Below, piece after piece: positions 1 through 11,095 of a DNA stretch of 64,000 nucleotides. Made by a program: the position numbers and the translations under genes. Positions within the stretch are counted from its first letter, which is position 1, and each line of letters starts with the position of its first letter. The notes below the pieces were generated by a model. It was given only the letters and a program-made list of their open reading frames with translations, searched no databases and had not been told where the DNA came from. Source of the DNA: Synechococcus sp. (GTDB lineage: Bacteria > Cyanobacteriota > Cyanobacteriia > PCC-6307 > Cyanobiaceae); contig JBJBDC010000001.1 of assembly GCA_047285535.1 (NCBI GenBank), positions 800,136 through 864,135 on the forward strand. Reading direction: 5' to 3'.

Positions 1-594
1 GAGGTGGCGCAGGCGGCACGCGACCGCCTAAAGAACGACCCGGACATCCGTCCGCTGGTGCAGGAGCGCTACTGGGGGAACTGGCCGGCACTGCCTGAGC
101 TGGTGGCATTGCCGGCAGGATCGCTGGGCCATGTCTACGGCCTGTTCATCACATCGCAAGGACTGAGTGAACTGCCCGCTCCCGTGTTGCCCTCAGGGGT
201 CGGAGGCGACGACGCCTACTTGCAGATGCGCATCCGCTACACCCACGATCTCTGGCATGTGATCGCCGGACTCCCCGTTAACCTCGCCGGAGAGGCGGCC
301 GCCACCGGTCTCACCACCGAACAGCTGCGCTGGCCAGGAAGTGCACTCCTGATCGCTGCTGACCTGATCCATCGCGTCAGCACCACTGAAGCCGATGCCG
401 AAGGAGACGTCGATGTGGGTGTGGCCATCGCCTACGGCCTCAACCTTGGGGCCCAGGCCCGCCCCCTGCTGGCCCAGCGCTGGGAGGAGGGCTGGGAAAC
501 CCCTCTCGATGGGTGGCGCAAGAGGCTCGGCATCTACTCGCTGCTGCAGACCACCCCGTTTCCGCGGCTGCACGGGGAGGCGGCAGACGGTTGA
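1..594 (+). CDS. Coq4-family protein (5' end probably outside window)
   Basis: LPAGSLG..YG..F and RIRYTHDLWHVIAG...GE motifs typical of Coq4; frame open from base 1. Confidence 0.8.
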   Translation, partial: EVAQAARDRLKNDPDIRPLVQERYWGNWPALPELVALPAGSLGHVYGLFITSQGLSELPAPVLPSGVGGDDAYLQMRIRYTHDLWHVIAGLPVNLAGEAAATGLTTEQLRWPGSALLIAADLIHRVSTTEADAEGDVDVGVAIAYGLNLGAQARPLLAQRWEEGWETPLDGWRKRLGIYSLLQTTPFPRLHGEAADG

Positions 595-870
595 TGTTGT
601 AGTGACCATTGCCGACTTGAAGAGATCAGTGATGGCCTTGGTTTCCGCTGCTGCTTCTAGCAAGCGACAAACTGATTATGGGGTTGAAAGCTGGTCACTA
701 AGTTCCCGAGAGTTGTGTGTGCAAGTGGACGTGATCAAAGGCAACTCGGGACAATGTGAAGGCCATACTCAAAAACGAAGCAGTGAAAACCTATTCGCGA
801 AAGATGTATAAACGAGCCTCTTGCGTGGTCTTGTGTATGACGACTGCTTGATCATGTTCGTAGTCTGTGA

Positions 871-1251
871 CTACATCCTGGGCAAGCAAAAATCAACAGT
901 TAGTACGCCGTTCATGCCGCCTTCGATGAGTGGAATCATTACTGGGGATAAATCAAGATGAGGTTTTGACGTGTCATATGAAATGCGACAACTTTTGTTT
1001 TCAAAGACAATAAACAAACAGTGATTGTAACCCCTGGCCAAAAATGTCGCATCAGACGAAATACCGAAGGTATCTACAATTTCCTGCGGGAAGTTAAACG
1101 TTTCCAAGGGGCCGGCGTGGGCTAATTCAACCCCTGGGATTCTGGTTTTGAATGACTTAACCTGCTTGTCCACATCTGTAATTGCAATTGGACTCACGTC
1201 TTTCTTGATTTTCCAAAGGCCAATGTGAATAATTTTGGATGATGACATCAT
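871..1251 (-). CDS. Dabb / stress-responsive A/B barrel protein
   Basis: IIHIGLWKIK...IPGV...G and GYNHCLFIVFE...Y...PH pattern. Confidence 0.75.
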   Translation of the reverse strand: MMSSSKIIHIGLWKIKKDVSPIAITDVDKQVKSFKTRIPGVELAHAGPLETFNFPQEIVDTFGISSDATFLARGYNHCLFIVFENKSCRISYDTSKPHLDLSPVMIPLIEGGMNGVLTVDFCLPRM

Positions 1252-1763
1252 CGAATCATTTTTTCTGTTCTGCGTTGACATTCCTCTGGCTTCCCGTGGA
1301 TGATGCCTCTGGGACAAAGAGGCTGTTCTTGCAACCCTATGTGCTCTTTGAATGCCAGGGTGCCGTTTTAAAGACCATTAGTACCTGACCTCAGTTAGGT
1401 CTTCTGCCTTGAGTGGCTGCTGCTGACAGTCTGGATTCTCTAATTGCGGGGGTTGAGTGAAGCGAACCCTAAATCCCCCCCTTTTTCTTCAGCTTGGCTT
1501 GATTCTGTGAAAGTGAACCTTTTGAAGCGACTGACTTGTTTGTGACGCAATTGCTTTCTTGGGTGGAGTAAGCGTTGGCGATCGTTTATGGAAGGTGTGC
1601 CCCAGCGTTGAGCCTTCACTTCAGCCTGGCGTTGGTGGCGTTTGTTCTGTTGGTGAGTTAGCGGCAACCGGCGTGGCGTGTGGTGCTGTTTTTTGCGCCG
1701 GAGTGGGTGGTTTGACCCTGGCCTGATCCATTCCTCTGCAGAATCACTGCATTGACGGGGAGC

Positions 1764-2957
1764 ATGGTGGCTGGAGCTGGTGTGAATCCTGCTGATCAGC
1801 GTTGGGGTTGGTGGCCGCTGCTGCCGCTCTATCCCTATGGAAGGCGTGCCACCCACTTTGAAGAGCTCATCCCGGGCCAGGTATGGAGCTTTGAACAGCT
1901 CCAGGGCGTCTATTACGTGGCTGTGCCGATTCGGCTCACCGTGGTGAAGGTGCCCGGCGGCTTGATGCTGGTCAACCCACTGCCACCAACACAGGAATTA
2001 TGTGCCGGCTTAGCGGACCTTGAAGCTCAGCACGGATCGGTCTGCACGATTGTGTTGCCGACAGCGTCAGGTCTGGAACATAAGTTTCCGCTGGGGCCAC
2101 TGGCTCGTGCTTTCCCTGAAGCCGAGATCTGGGTCTGCCCTGGCCAGTGGAGTTTCCCCGTGCAGCTGCCCCTGAACTGGCTCGGAGTACCGGCAGCACG
2201 CACCAAAGTTTTGCTCACGGATGGGGTGCCCCATCCCGAGATGTGCCAATGGATCTCCCTTGGCCCTCTTGATCTCGGCGTGGGTCGTTTCCAGGAAATC
2301 AGCTGCCTGCATCGACCCAGTGGCGCCTTGCTGATCACCGATGCCCTGGTTGGCATTCACGCCCAACCCCCAGCCATTTTTGATCGCGATCCCACGCCGT
2401 TGTTGTTTCACGCTCGCAACCGTGGCGATCAACCCCTGATGGATTCAACCGAGGCACGGCGGCGAGGATGGGCCCGTCTGGTGCTGTTCGCCTCCTATCT
2501 GCGGCCCTACAAATTGCGTGTACCAGGCCTCGCCGAGTTGTTGCGCCATGCATTCCGGCCGGGATTACGAACAGGGAAAGCCCACTTCGGGCTTTATCCA
2601 TTCGATTGGCAAGACGGCTGGCACGATGATGCCATGAACCTGATGGGTGAAGAAGAAGCCAAATTACAAGTGGCTCCTGTTCTGGAACGACTGGTATTGC
2701 CGAGAGCACAACGGGCCCTCATCGCCTGGCTGGAACAACTGGAATCATGTTCTGATCTTGCCTGGCTGATCCCTGCCCACTACAGCGCACCTCTGCCATT
2801 CACGGCATTGCAGGCATCCGCTTTGCAAACGGACTTGCGACACAAGGCCTGGGCAACAAACGAAGGCAACTGGACCTTTCTTGCCAATATTGATCAACGT
2901 CTTTTAGAACTTGGATTTGTACCAGACGATCCTCTTAAAAAGAAATATTCAAATTGA
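1764..2957 (+). CDS. DUF4336 family protein
   Basis: WWPLLPLYPYGRR, PTASGLEHK, LLITDA and IPAHY motifs conserved in this cyanobacterial family. Confidence 0.85.
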   Translation: MVAGAGVNPADQRWGWWPLLPLYPYGRRATHFEELIPGQVWSFEQLQGVYYVAVPIRLTVVKVPGGLMLVNPLPPTQELCAGLADLEAQHGSVCTIVLPTASGLEHKFPLGPLARAFPEAEIWVCPGQWSFPVQLPLNWLGVPAARTKVLLTDGVPHPEMCQWISLGPLDLGVGRFQEISCLHRPSGALLITDALVGIHAQPPAIFDRDPTPLLFHARNRGDQPLMDSTEARRRGWARLVLFASYLRPYKLRVPGLAELLRHAFRPGLRTGKAHFGLYPFDWQDGWHDDAMNLMGEEEAKLQVAPVLERLVLPRAQRALIAWLEQLESCSDLAWLIPAHYSAPLPFTALQASALQTDLRHKAWATNEGNWTFLANIDQRLLELGFVPDDPLKKKYSN

Positions 2958-3035
2958 GAAGGCAAAGACTGAAATTGATCAAGTTCGCATCAACTAGCCT
3001 AGAAAATCATGCCTTGATTGCAAAGCAAAGGACAA

Positions 3036-3401
3036 TCAAAGCTTGAGGTCTTCATCCGGGTTCACGGCCATTTCATCATCGGCGAACAGGGCTTCTTCCA
3101 ATTCCTTCCGTTGTTCCATCTGACGAAGGAAATATCCAGTCATCATTGCGGAGGCAAGCATATTGGCCAGGTTGTCACGATTAGCCGTGACCTTCACCTC
3201 AAACTGCTCACCGGGGAGCATTCCCAGAAGTCCCTGAACGTTATGGCGAATGATGTCTTGAATATCATTGCTGGCCGAGCGAGCCACACGCTGGAGCACG
3301 TCTGGAGATTGATCCTGGAGATATTGGATCAAGCTGTTAACGGGCTGGCCGTCCGGGCTTTCCGTGGTTAGGAACTCTGGATTAAACACCCTGCCAACCA
3401 T
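3036..3401 (-). CDS. DUF760 family protein
   Basis: NSLIQYLQ...HNVQGLLGML...LASAMMTGYFLRQMEQR. Confidence 0.85.
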   Translation of the reverse strand: MVGRVFNPEFLTTESPDGQPVNSLIQYLQDQSPDVLQRVARSASNDIQDIIRHNVQGLLGMLPGEQFEVKVTANRDNLANMLASAMMTGYFLRQMEQRKELEEALFADDEMAVNPDEDLKL

Positions 3402-3404
3402 TCG

Positions 3405-4019
3405 TCAGTCACTGGACCTTATCGCAGCTGCGTTCTGCGACACCATTGAATCGTGGTGTGAGAACCGAATCGGACCGAACCGCTTGGGTGGCCAATAGCG
3501 CCAAACAGCTGTTCCAACAAGGCTTTGTTCAGGCAGAGCCCCCCAGATATGAGAGTCGAGACTGGCGTTACGGTTATCACCTAGCACCCAAAGCTGACCT
3601 TGCGGCACGACGATCGGCCCTTGGTCGTAATCAATGCCCTCAGCGACCCAGTCCTCTTGCACAAGATCGTGGTTGCGCAGCAATCGGCCGCCTTGCACTT
3701 CAATCCTGTCTCCCGGTTGTCCCACCACCCGTTTGATCAACGCCGCATTCGGGTCATAACCGGCCTCGATCAGCTGCGGCGGGACTTGGAACACCACAAT
3801 CTGATCCAGACCGATGGGCTTGTGCAGCTGGCGATTGAGTTTTGGCGTCACCTTCTCCACCAGGATCCGATCTTGCAGCTGCAGGGTGGGCAACATCGAA
3901 CCCGATGGGATCCAACGGGGTTCAATCACCTGCCAACGCAGCAACAGGGCCAACAGCACCCACACCACAAGGCCTCGCCAACTGTTGCGCTTGGGTTCTG
4001 TGTTGGGAGTGTTGGCCAT
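3405..4019 (-). CDS. lepB: Signal peptidase I
   Basis: IPSGSMLPTL (Ser), IKRVVG (Lys), GDNRNASLDSH; one N-terminal TM segment. Confidence 0.95.
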   Translation of the reverse strand: MANTPNTEPKRNSWRGLVVWVLLALLLRWQVIEPRWIPSGSMLPTLQLQDRILVEKVTPKLNRQLHKPIGLDQIVVFQVPPQLIEAGYDPNAALIKRVVGQPGDRIEVQGGRLLRNHDLVQEDWVAEGIDYDQGPIVVPQGQLWVLGDNRNASLDSHIWGALPEQSLVGTAVWRYWPPKRFGPIRFSHHDSMVSQNAAAIRSSD

Positions 4020-4066
4020 AGCAGGTGATGCGTTAACCGAGGATCGCATCAGCCATCGTCTCTTCC

Positions 4067-5842
4067 CTGACGCAAGCACTCGCCAACCTGCACGCTGCTG
4101 TCCTGCTGCTTCAGACCCTGCAGCAACAGGGGCTGAGGCATGTGGTGCTATGTCCTGGCAGTCGATCCGGCCCGTTCGCCCTTGCCGCCGCTGGCTTGAA
4201 CAAAGCCGGGCTTTTCAAGCTCACCACAGTGATCGATGAACGATCTGCCGGGTTTCGAGCGCTCGGTCAATCCACCGCTTCTGGCGTTGCGACGGCTGTG
4301 ATCACCACCTCCGGCACGGCAGTGGCCAACCTGCTGCCCGCCGCCGTGGAAGCGGATCGCTCCGGCCAGCCCTTACTGCTGATCAGTGCGGATCGACCCC
4401 TGCGGCTCAAGAACAGGGGAGCCAATCAAACCGTGAATCAGGAAGACTTTTTAAGCCCGGTGTGCCGATGGTGTGGCACAGGACCGCTGGATGGCCTCTC
4501 AGGAGGGATGGATCACGAGCTGCAAGCTCTGGCCCTCACCGCCTGGCGACAGCTTCATGATCTGCCGGGTCCAGTCCATCTCAATTGTCCATTGGAAGAG
4601 CCACTGCTTCCTGATCTGGATCAACAGCTCTTGTTTTGGAAGCAATGGAAGGGCAAAGAGCCGGTTCTCGAACAAGCGAAGTGCAATCACGCGTGCTGGA
4701 CTCCCACAGATCAGGCGCCAGCCCTGGATCCCGACCAACCGGGAGTGATTATTGCAGGCCCCTGGCGAGGTCTGAACACCGATCTCCAGCCCTATCAGGA
4801 CGCCTTGATCGCCTGGCAGCAGCGCAGTGGATGGCCGGTTCTCGCCGATCCGATCGCAGCCGTTCCCAGCGCCCTGAACGGCGTGATTCGTCACTGGGAC
4901 CTGCTGCTTCCCAGAGGTTTGAGCAACCTGCCGCCATCCGCCCAGGTGTTGCGGCTTGGCTCGATGCCAGCCAGTCGTCGCCTCGAAGCCTGGCTGGCCA
5001 GCCGAGAGGGACCACAGCTGTTGATCACCGAGAGAGATCCACGCCCTCTGGATCCTCTCGGTATGGCCGAGCAATGGAGTGGTGGCTTGGCCCTGTGGTG
5101 GCAGCAGATCAGCCCAGGACTCCAGGCTATCTCCGTGAGGCAGCCTGATGGAGCCACAGGAGGTCGCCAATCAGCCCTCCAGGCCTGGTCAGCTGCTGAT
5201 GCTGATCTGCAGCAACGCCTTGCTGATCTGTTGCCGCCTCGGGGAGCCGTCTCGGAACCAGCACTGATGTTCGCCCTGACGCAGCTCATTTCAGATGAGA
5301 TTCCCGTGATGCTGGCTGCCAGCAGCCCGGTGCGCGATTGGCAAGCTTTTGCAGCAGGGAGTACCGGTCACCGCCGCTGTTACAGCTTTCGAGGTGCATC
5401 CGGCATTGATGGCACCCTCTCCCTGGCCTTGGGCCTGGCAGCCGAACTGGGCCCAACGCTGTTGATCACAGGAGATCTGGCGCTGTTGCATGACAGCAAC
5501 GGTTGGCTCCAGGCCGCCGCTGCAACTCTGCCCTTGTTCGTGCTGTTGATCGACAACGCCGGCGGCGGCATTTTTGAACAACTACCGATCGAGACATCCG
5601 ACAGGGATGCTTTTGACAACCTGTTTGCGATGCCTCAACGGGTGGATCATCTCGCCCTTGCTGCAGCCCATTCCATTCCTGTTCGTCAGCTCGCGTGCCT
5701 GGAGGATCTACCAGCAGCTCTGGAATGGGGCTGGGGGAGTTCAGGACCAGCACTTCTGAGGGTGTGCACCGACCGCCGCAGGGATGCAGAGCTTCGCCTT
5801 GCTTTGCGCGAGGCAGTACAACAGAAGATCAGCCATCCCTGA
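4067..5842 (+). CDS. menD: SEPHCHC synthase
   Basis: [41 protein letters not shown]...NAGGGIF; frame extends upstream of the track's 4142 start to a CTG at 4067 (start uncertain). Confidence 0.93.
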   Translation: MTQALANLHAAVLLLQTLQQQGLRHVVLCPGSRSGPFALAAAGLNKAGLFKLTTVIDERSAGFRALGQSTASGVATAVITTSGTAVANLLPAAVEADRSGQPLLLISADRPLRLKNRGANQTVNQEDFLSPVCRWCGTGPLDGLSGGMDHELQALALTAWRQLHDLPGPVHLNCPLEEPLLPDLDQQLLFWKQWKGKEPVLEQAKCNHACWTPTDQAPALDPDQPGVIIAGPWRGLNTDLQPYQDALIAWQQRSGWPVLADPIAAVPSALNGVIRHWDLLLPRGLSNLPPSAQVLRLGSMPASRRLEAWLASREGPQLLITERDPRPLDPLGMAEQWSGGLALWWQQISPGLQAISVRQPDGATGGRQSALQAWSAADADLQQRLADLLPPRGAVSEPALMFALTQLISDEIPVMLAASSPVRDWQAFAAGSTGHRRCYSFRGASGIDGTLSLALGLAAELGPTLLITGDLALLHDSNGWLQAAAATLPLFVLLIDNAGGGIFEQLPIETSDRDAFDNLFAMPQRVDHLALAAAHSIPVRQLACLEDLPAALEWGWGSSGPALLRVCTDRRRDAELRLALREAVQQKISHP

Positions 5843-5847
5843 TCGTT

Positions 5848-6723
5848 ATGCCTGAGCCGGTCATACGACAGGTGCTTCCAGGATCCAGTGGGGTGAACTG
5901 GAAGCCCTGGGGCCACTACCAAGATGTCCTGCTGGATCGGTGTGATGACGGTATCGCCCGTTTGGCGATCAATCGACCGAGCAAGCGCAATGCCTTCAGG
6001 CCCCGAACGGTTTCAGAACTTTGCGATGCCTTCGCACGCATCCGTGATGACAGCGCGATCGGTGTGGTGCTGCTCACCGGCGTCGGTCCCGCTGAAGATG
6101 GTGGTTACGCCTTTTGTGCAGGCGGCGATCAAAGTGTTCGTGGGGATGGTGGTTATCTCGATGAAACAGGTCTGGCTCGGCTGAATGTGCTGGACCTTCA
6201 GCGATTGATCCGCAGCCTCCCCAAGGTGGTGATCGCCTTGGTGGCGGGTTACGCCATTGGCGGTGGACAGGTGCTGCACCTGCTGTGCGACCTGAGCCTG
6301 GCAGCGGAGAACGCCAGATTCGGACAGACGGGACCTCGGGTCGGCAGCTTTGACGGCGGCTTTGGAGCGGGGTATCTGGCTCGAGTGGTGGGTCAACGCA
6401 AAGCCAAGGAGATCTGGTTCCTGTGTCGTCAATACGGAGCAGAGGACGCTTTGACGATGGGTCTTGTGAATGCCGTGGTTCCCCTGGATGACTTGGAAGC
6501 TGAAGGGGTCCGCTGGGCCAGGGAGGTGTTGCAGCACAGCCCAACGGCGATTCGCTGCCTCAAAGCAGCCTTCAATGCAGAAACAGACGGCTTGGCTGGC
6601 ATCCAGGAATTGGCCGGACAGGCCACCCACCTGTTTTATCGGACGGAGGAGGGTCAGGAGGGGCGTAATGCCTTTCTGGAGAAACGAAATCCTGACTTTT
6701 CCGATTCCCCTTGGCTTCCATAG
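5848..6723 (+). CDS. menB: 1,4-dihydroxy-2-naphthoyl-CoA synthase
   Basis: [28 protein letters not shown]; follows menD. Confidence 0.97.
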   Translation: MPEPVIRQVLPGSSGVNWKPWGHYQDVLLDRCDDGIARLAINRPSKRNAFRPRTVSELCDAFARIRDDSAIGVVLLTGVGPAEDGGYAFCAGGDQSVRGDGGYLDETGLARLNVLDLQRLIRSLPKVVIALVAGYAIGGGQVLHLLCDLSLAAENARFGQTGPRVGSFDGGFGAGYLARVVGQRKAKEIWFLCRQYGAEDALTMGLVNAVVPLDDLEAEGVRWAREVLQHSPTAIRCLKAAFNAETDGLAGIQELAGQATHLFYRTEEGQEGRNAFLEKRNPDFSDSPWLP

Positions 6724-6729
6724 CCGCTG

Positions 6730-7398
6730 TTGACGCTAAAAATAATTATTGAGTGTTTCGATGAATCCATGGTGGCTCTGCGTTCAGCGCTGTTTGCAGC
6801 ATCGCTGCATCTCCTAGGCGCAGGCGCAGGTATGAGCTCTGAGCAGAATGTTCAAACGGATCAACAAGCACGAAAGTCGGATCCGATCCCGCCCCTGGCG
6901 GTCCCCCTGAGTGATGCAGCATCGCTGGCGCGAGTTCCTGATGATGTGATGAATCGCAAGGGACTACAGCTCGTGCTTGACCGCAAACATCGACAGCTGC
7001 TGGTGCTGAGAGATGGCTTGATGACGCAGCGGTTTCCAGCGGCGGTTGGCACTACAGGGTGGGAGACCCCGGCTGGTCGCTTCAGAGTGTTTGAGAAGGT
7101 CAAGGAGCCGGTCTGGACCCATCCTGTGAGTGGTGATCTTGTTGATGCTGAAAGCGACAAAAATCCACTGGGATCGCGCTGGATTGGCTTCCACCGTGAT
7201 TGCAAGGGACGGTCAGGCTGGGATGGTGAGCAATACCTCGATATCGATGGCTGCACCGTTGCAGGCTTTCATGGCACGCCTTATCGCTGGACGGTCGGAC
7301 GGGCCGTCTCCCATGGCTGCGTCCGTCTCTATGAAGAGAATGTTCAACAGGTGTTCGATCTCGTCAGGGTTGGCACTCAGGTGACCGTGCTGCCATGA
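6730..7398 (+). CDS. L,D-transpeptidase (YkuD family)
   Basis: NPLGSRWI, GFHGTP...GRAVSHGCVRL catalytic His/Cys motif. Confidence 0.9.
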   Translation: MTLKIIIECFDESMVALRSALFAASLHLLGAGAGMSSEQNVQTDQQARKSDPIPPLAVPLSDAASLARVPDDVMNRKGLQLVLDRKHRQLLVLRDGLMTQRFPAAVGTTGWETPAGRFRVFEKVKEPVWTHPVSGDLVDAESDKNPLGSRWIGFHRDCKGRSGWDGEQYLDIDGCTVAGFHGTPYRWTVGRAVSHGCVRLYEENVQQVFDLVRVGTQVTVLP

Positions 7399-7456
7399 AA
7401 GGGATCGCAAGGCACGAATGCGTTTAAAGTCTCGCGGCTGAAAGGTTTGATCGTCC

Positions 7457-9010
7457 ATGCGCGTGCTGTTTGCCGCCGCCGAATGCGCCCCCATGGTGAA
7501 AGTCGGTGGGATGGGTGATGTGGTTGGATCCCTCCCCCCCGCACTGAAAGCCCTGGGCCACGACGTGCGGTTGATCATGCCTGGCTACGGGAAGCTCTGG
7601 TCGCGATTGGAGATTCCCACAGAGCCCATGTGGCGGGGCCAGACGATGGGAACCGATTTTGCGGTGTTCGAAACCCGTCACCCCACCAATGGCATCACCA
7701 TCTATCTGGTGGGTCATCCCGTGTTTGATCCTGAACGGATCTATGGCGGTGAAGACGAGGATTGGCGCTTCACGTTTTTTGCCAGTGCCGCCGCAGAATT
7801 CTCCTGGAATGTCTGGAAACCGAATGTGCTGCATTGCCACGACTGGCACACGGGAATGATGCCGGTGTGGATGCATCAGGACCCAGAAATCAGCACCGTG
7901 TTCACGATCCACAACCTCAAATACCAAGGCCCATGGCGTTGGAAATTGGATCGCATGACCTGGTGCCCCTGGTACATGCAGGGAGATCACACGATGGCGG
8001 CTGCCTTGCTCTATGCCGATCGAGTGAATGCGGTCTCGCCCACCTACGCCAGTGAGATCCGCACCTCTGAATACGGAGAAAAGCTAGAAGGATTGCTTAA
8101 TTACATCTCTGGAAAATTGCGTGGGATCCTGAATGGGATTGATCTGGAGGCCTGGAATCCCGCCACCGATCGTGCGTTGCCCGCCACCTTCAGTGCGGAT
8201 GATTTCTCTGGTCGCGCCCGCAACAAGGAGGTCCTGCAGGAACGCATGGGCCTCGAAGTCAGGTCTGATGCCTATCTGCTGGGCATGGTGAGCCGTCTGG
8301 TGGATCAAAAAGGAGTTGATCTGTTGCTTCAAGTTGCAGATCGTCTGCTGGCGTACACCGATACCCAGATCGTTGTGCTTGGAACAGGGGATCGCGGCTT
8401 GGAGTCTGGTCTCTGGCAGATCGCTTCACGCTATCCGGGACGTGTCTCCGTCTTTCTGACCTACGACGATGACCTGTCAAGGCTGATTTATGCCGGCAGT
8501 GATGCCTTCTTGATGCCCAGTCGATTTGAGCCCTGTGGCATCAGCCAGTTGCTGGCCATGCGCTATGGATGCGTGCCCGTGGTGAGGAAGGTGGGTGGAC
8601 TTGTGGATACGGTTCCACCGCATGATCCTGCTCATCAGACTGGAACCGGTTTCTGCTTCGATCGGTTCGATCCTGTGGATTTCTACACAGCTCTGGTGCG
8701 CTCCTGGGAAGCGTTCCGCCATCAAGACAGTTGGCGTGAACTCCAGAAGCGAGGCATGCAGCAGGACTACAGCTGGGCTCGTTCAGCTCTGGAATATGAC
8801 CGGATGTACCGGGAGGTGTGTGGCATCAAAGAACCAGGCCCTGATGCAGCTGCCGTCGAGCAATTTTCACAGGGCCAGGAGGCAGATCCCTCACTGCGTT
8901 CAGGACAACTGGAAACTCCAATGAACTTGCCGGACAACACCATGGATCTGCCTAAGGGACAAGGATCGCGCAACCCCCTAGCCAGACTGTTTGGCGGCCA
9001 GCGGCTCTGA
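7457..9010 (+). CDS. glgA: Glycogen synthase
   Basis: [36 protein letters not shown]. Confidence 0.97.
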   Translation: MRVLFAAAECAPMVKVGGMGDVVGSLPPALKALGHDVRLIMPGYGKLWSRLEIPTEPMWRGQTMGTDFAVFETRHPTNGITIYLVGHPVFDPERIYGGEDEDWRFTFFASAAAEFSWNVWKPNVLHCHDWHTGMMPVWMHQDPEISTVFTIHNLKYQGPWRWKLDRMTWCPWYMQGDHTMAAALLYADRVNAVSPTYASEIRTSEYGEKLEGLLNYISGKLRGILNGIDLEAWNPATDRALPATFSADDFSGRARNKEVLQERMGLEVRSDAYLLGMVSRLVDQKGVDLLLQVADRLLAYTDTQIVVLGTGDRGLESGLWQIASRYPGRVSVFLTYDDDLSRLIYAGSDAFLMPSRFEPCGISQLLAMRYGCVPVVRKVGGLVDTVPPHDPAHQTGTGFCFDRFDPVDFYTALVRSWEAFRHQDSWRELQKRGMQQDYSWARSALEYDRMYREVCGIKEPGPDAAAVEQFSQGQEADPSLRSGQLETPMNLPDNTMDLPKGQGSRNPLARLFGGQRL

Positions 9011-9028
9011 TGCTGACAACAATCACGC

Positions 9029-9856
9029 ATGCAGGATTCCTCCACAGGGAAGCAATCTGACTCTGAACAGGAAAGCTTCCTACCGTCTCCGTACAACAGC
9101 CCATGGAAAGCACTCAGCCAAGACCTGAGGGCTGTCAGTGCTGATCTTCGTCTTCGGACTCAAGAAATCTGGCGTCGTAATTATGAGGGCAATCTTTCTG
9201 TTCCAGCGTTTTGGCCCAGGACTTTTGCACCCCTGTTTTGGCCTGTCCTGCTGATATTGGCCACTGCCTTGTTGATCGTGGGCGGGCTTCAACTGTGCAC
9301 TGCACTGTCCTACAGCAAGGCACCCTCTCCACCAGAGGTCGAAAGGGTGCAAACCACTGCATTACCCAAAGCATTACCCAAAGCAAAGCCCCTACCAAGC
9401 ACAGGCGACATCGACTCCATCGTCAAGACTGAGGCTGCCATCACTTCCCCCGTCAAAAACGAAGCAGACGATCTGGACGTCTCTGTGAAATCATCGGCCC
9501 CGATAGAGTCAGTTCTCGAGAAAACTTCGTTGAATCCAGATCCCAAACCAATGCGGTTTGATCCACTGTTGAGGTTTCTTGCTGATGATAGAAACGCAGA
9601 AAGTACTGATGGGTCAGCGTTGATTGTTTCAGCCCAACCTGAACCAGAACGCAATGCAGTGACTTTGACAATCAATGCTGCTCAATGGATCCAACTCTCT
9701 AAAGACGAACGCCATCAACTTGCCGATGGATGGTGGGAGAGGCTCGAAGAGCAAGGTTACGGAGATCTACGCCTGATCAATGCGGAACAAGACCTGTTGG
9801 CTCGACCGGCAAGAATCGGCGGAGGCATGATTGTTCTGAATCCAAACAGCATGTAA
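9029..9856 (+). CDS. Hypothetical membrane-anchored protein
   Basis: 275-aa ORF with one hydrophobic segment, a low-complexity linker and a C-terminal LARPARIGGGMI. Confidence 0.7.
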   Translation: MQDSSTGKQSDSEQESFLPSPYNSPWKALSQDLRAVSADLRLRTQEIWRRNYEGNLSVPAFWPRTFAPLFWPVLLILATALLIVGGLQLCTALSYSKAPSPPEVERVQTTALPKALPKAKPLPSTGDIDSIVKTEAAITSPVKNEADDLDVSVKSSAPIESVLEKTSLNPDPKPMRFDPLLRFLADDRNAESTDGSALIVSAQPEPERNAVTLTINAAQWIQLSKDERHQLADGWWERLEEQGYGDLRLINAEQDLLARPARIGGGMIVLNPNSM

Positions 9857-10855
9857 AGCAGCAAAGAATCAAAAAACGGGGTCAATCAACACCAATACGT
9901 TCAGCTGTACCTGATGAAAAGCATGGATAGAAGATCAAACAACGGTAAGCAAGCAACACAACCCATGACGTCAAAAGGAGCGCGAAACACTCAACACAAA
10001 ATCCTGCGAATGGTTCCTGTGAAACAAATCATATCCACCAGCAAATAGACATGAGGCCGCAAACGATCAAAATGCAAAACATATTGAGTCTCTCAAGATA
10101 GAACAATCAGTCATCGAGCAAGACAGACTTGGCGGTGAATTTCAGCTGATAAAGCCGTTGATCCGCAGCGGCGAAAATCTACGAATACCTCAAGATGCTC
10201 CGAAAAAACAACGAAGGCATGAGAAGCAAGACTTCAATCTGATTGAGGCAAAGGCCTATCAACCTACGGATGAAAGACAATCAACGAACACTCTCGACGC
10301 CGTGACCTCAAACAAACAGACCATAAATTGCAAGATCAAAAAGAACCTGACCTGAGAGGATTGCACATCTGCAGGTCATGGCGAATTGATCGAGTGCGTG
10401 AAGGTTCTATAGAATACGTATGACCGGATCAGGGCATTCTTCAAACTCAAACCAATACGGCTATCACGACAACAAAACAAGCAGATTTTGAATTCCTGCA
10501 TAACCCTGCAGATCGTGCTGCATTCCAAAGATGAAAAATTTCAGGAAGAGACTGGAAACAGATAACGTCTAGAAGTTTCGGTCTTTGCATAAAAGATGTC
10601 AAAGCCCCTCAACCCCTCGCGGGCTTCTAAATCGCGAGAGGTTGATCGATTGTGGGACCGTTGACCCCGTCCAAGAGTCACCCGACTATCTTCCCGGCAA
10701 GCCTCGTCACCGTTCGTGAGAAAAGCTCTCAATAGCTGTAATGAATGAACGTGCCTCATGAAAAAAGGCAATCCGTCTCTTCTTCATTGGCTTGATCTCA
10801 AGCCGGAAGGGCATCTGAAAGCTGAAGCCGATGGCCATGGTTTGGCTCAAGCCAT

Positions 10856-10920
10856 AAAAAAAGAAGGCGAGGAAGCCTTCTTTGGGGGTGTGAGGAGCCA
10901 AACCTTGTGAGGAGTTGGCT
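10856..10920 (-). ncRNA. Yfr1/Yfr10-like sRNA (~65 nt) with two ACUCCUCACAC-type seeds
   Basis: Minus strand reads AGCCAA-CTCCTCACA-AGGT-TTGGCT-CCTCACAC-CCCC-AAAGAAGGC-TTCCTC-GCCTTCTTT-TTTT: 5' hairpin, seed motif, intrinsic terminator, i.e. Yfr1 architecture. Confidence 0.75.
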
Positions 10921-10945
10921 GTCTCTATCTTCATGACGCTGTTCC

Positions 10946-10965
10946 GATCAGTCAAGTAACTGATC
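10946..10965. promoter_or_regulatory. Palindromic operator candidate between the divergent sRNAs
   Basis: GATCAGT-N6-ACTGATC perfect inverted repeat. Confidence 0.55.
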
Positions 10966-11008
10966 CGCTGAGACTTGCCAAGAGCCATTCATGAGCCATG
11001 ATTAAGGG

Positions 11009-11095
11009 GTGAGGAGGGCTTCTTCTCGGAGTGGAAACAAGGCAACACGCCCAAAGAGAAGCCGAGAAACCCTGCCTTTGGCGGGGTTTTCTTTT
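11009..11095 (+). ncRNA. yfr2: Yfr2 family sRNA (Cyano-1 motif)
   Basis: 5' GTGAGGAG; stem GGCTTCT...AGAAGCC enclosing GGAAACAAGGCAACAC; terminator AAACCCTGCC-TTT-GGCGGGGTTT followed by a T-rich tail; -10-like CATGAT at 10997. Confidence 0.82.

Noticed and set aside
1440..9930. Numerous antisense and alternate-frame ORFs over core genes (also elsewhere in the window)
   Set aside because: Shadow ORFs of GC-rich coding sequence with no independent evidence
10707..10988. 93-aa minus ORF and 50-aa plus ORF (10758-10910)
   Set aside because: No recognisable motif; both overlap the better-supported sRNA locus
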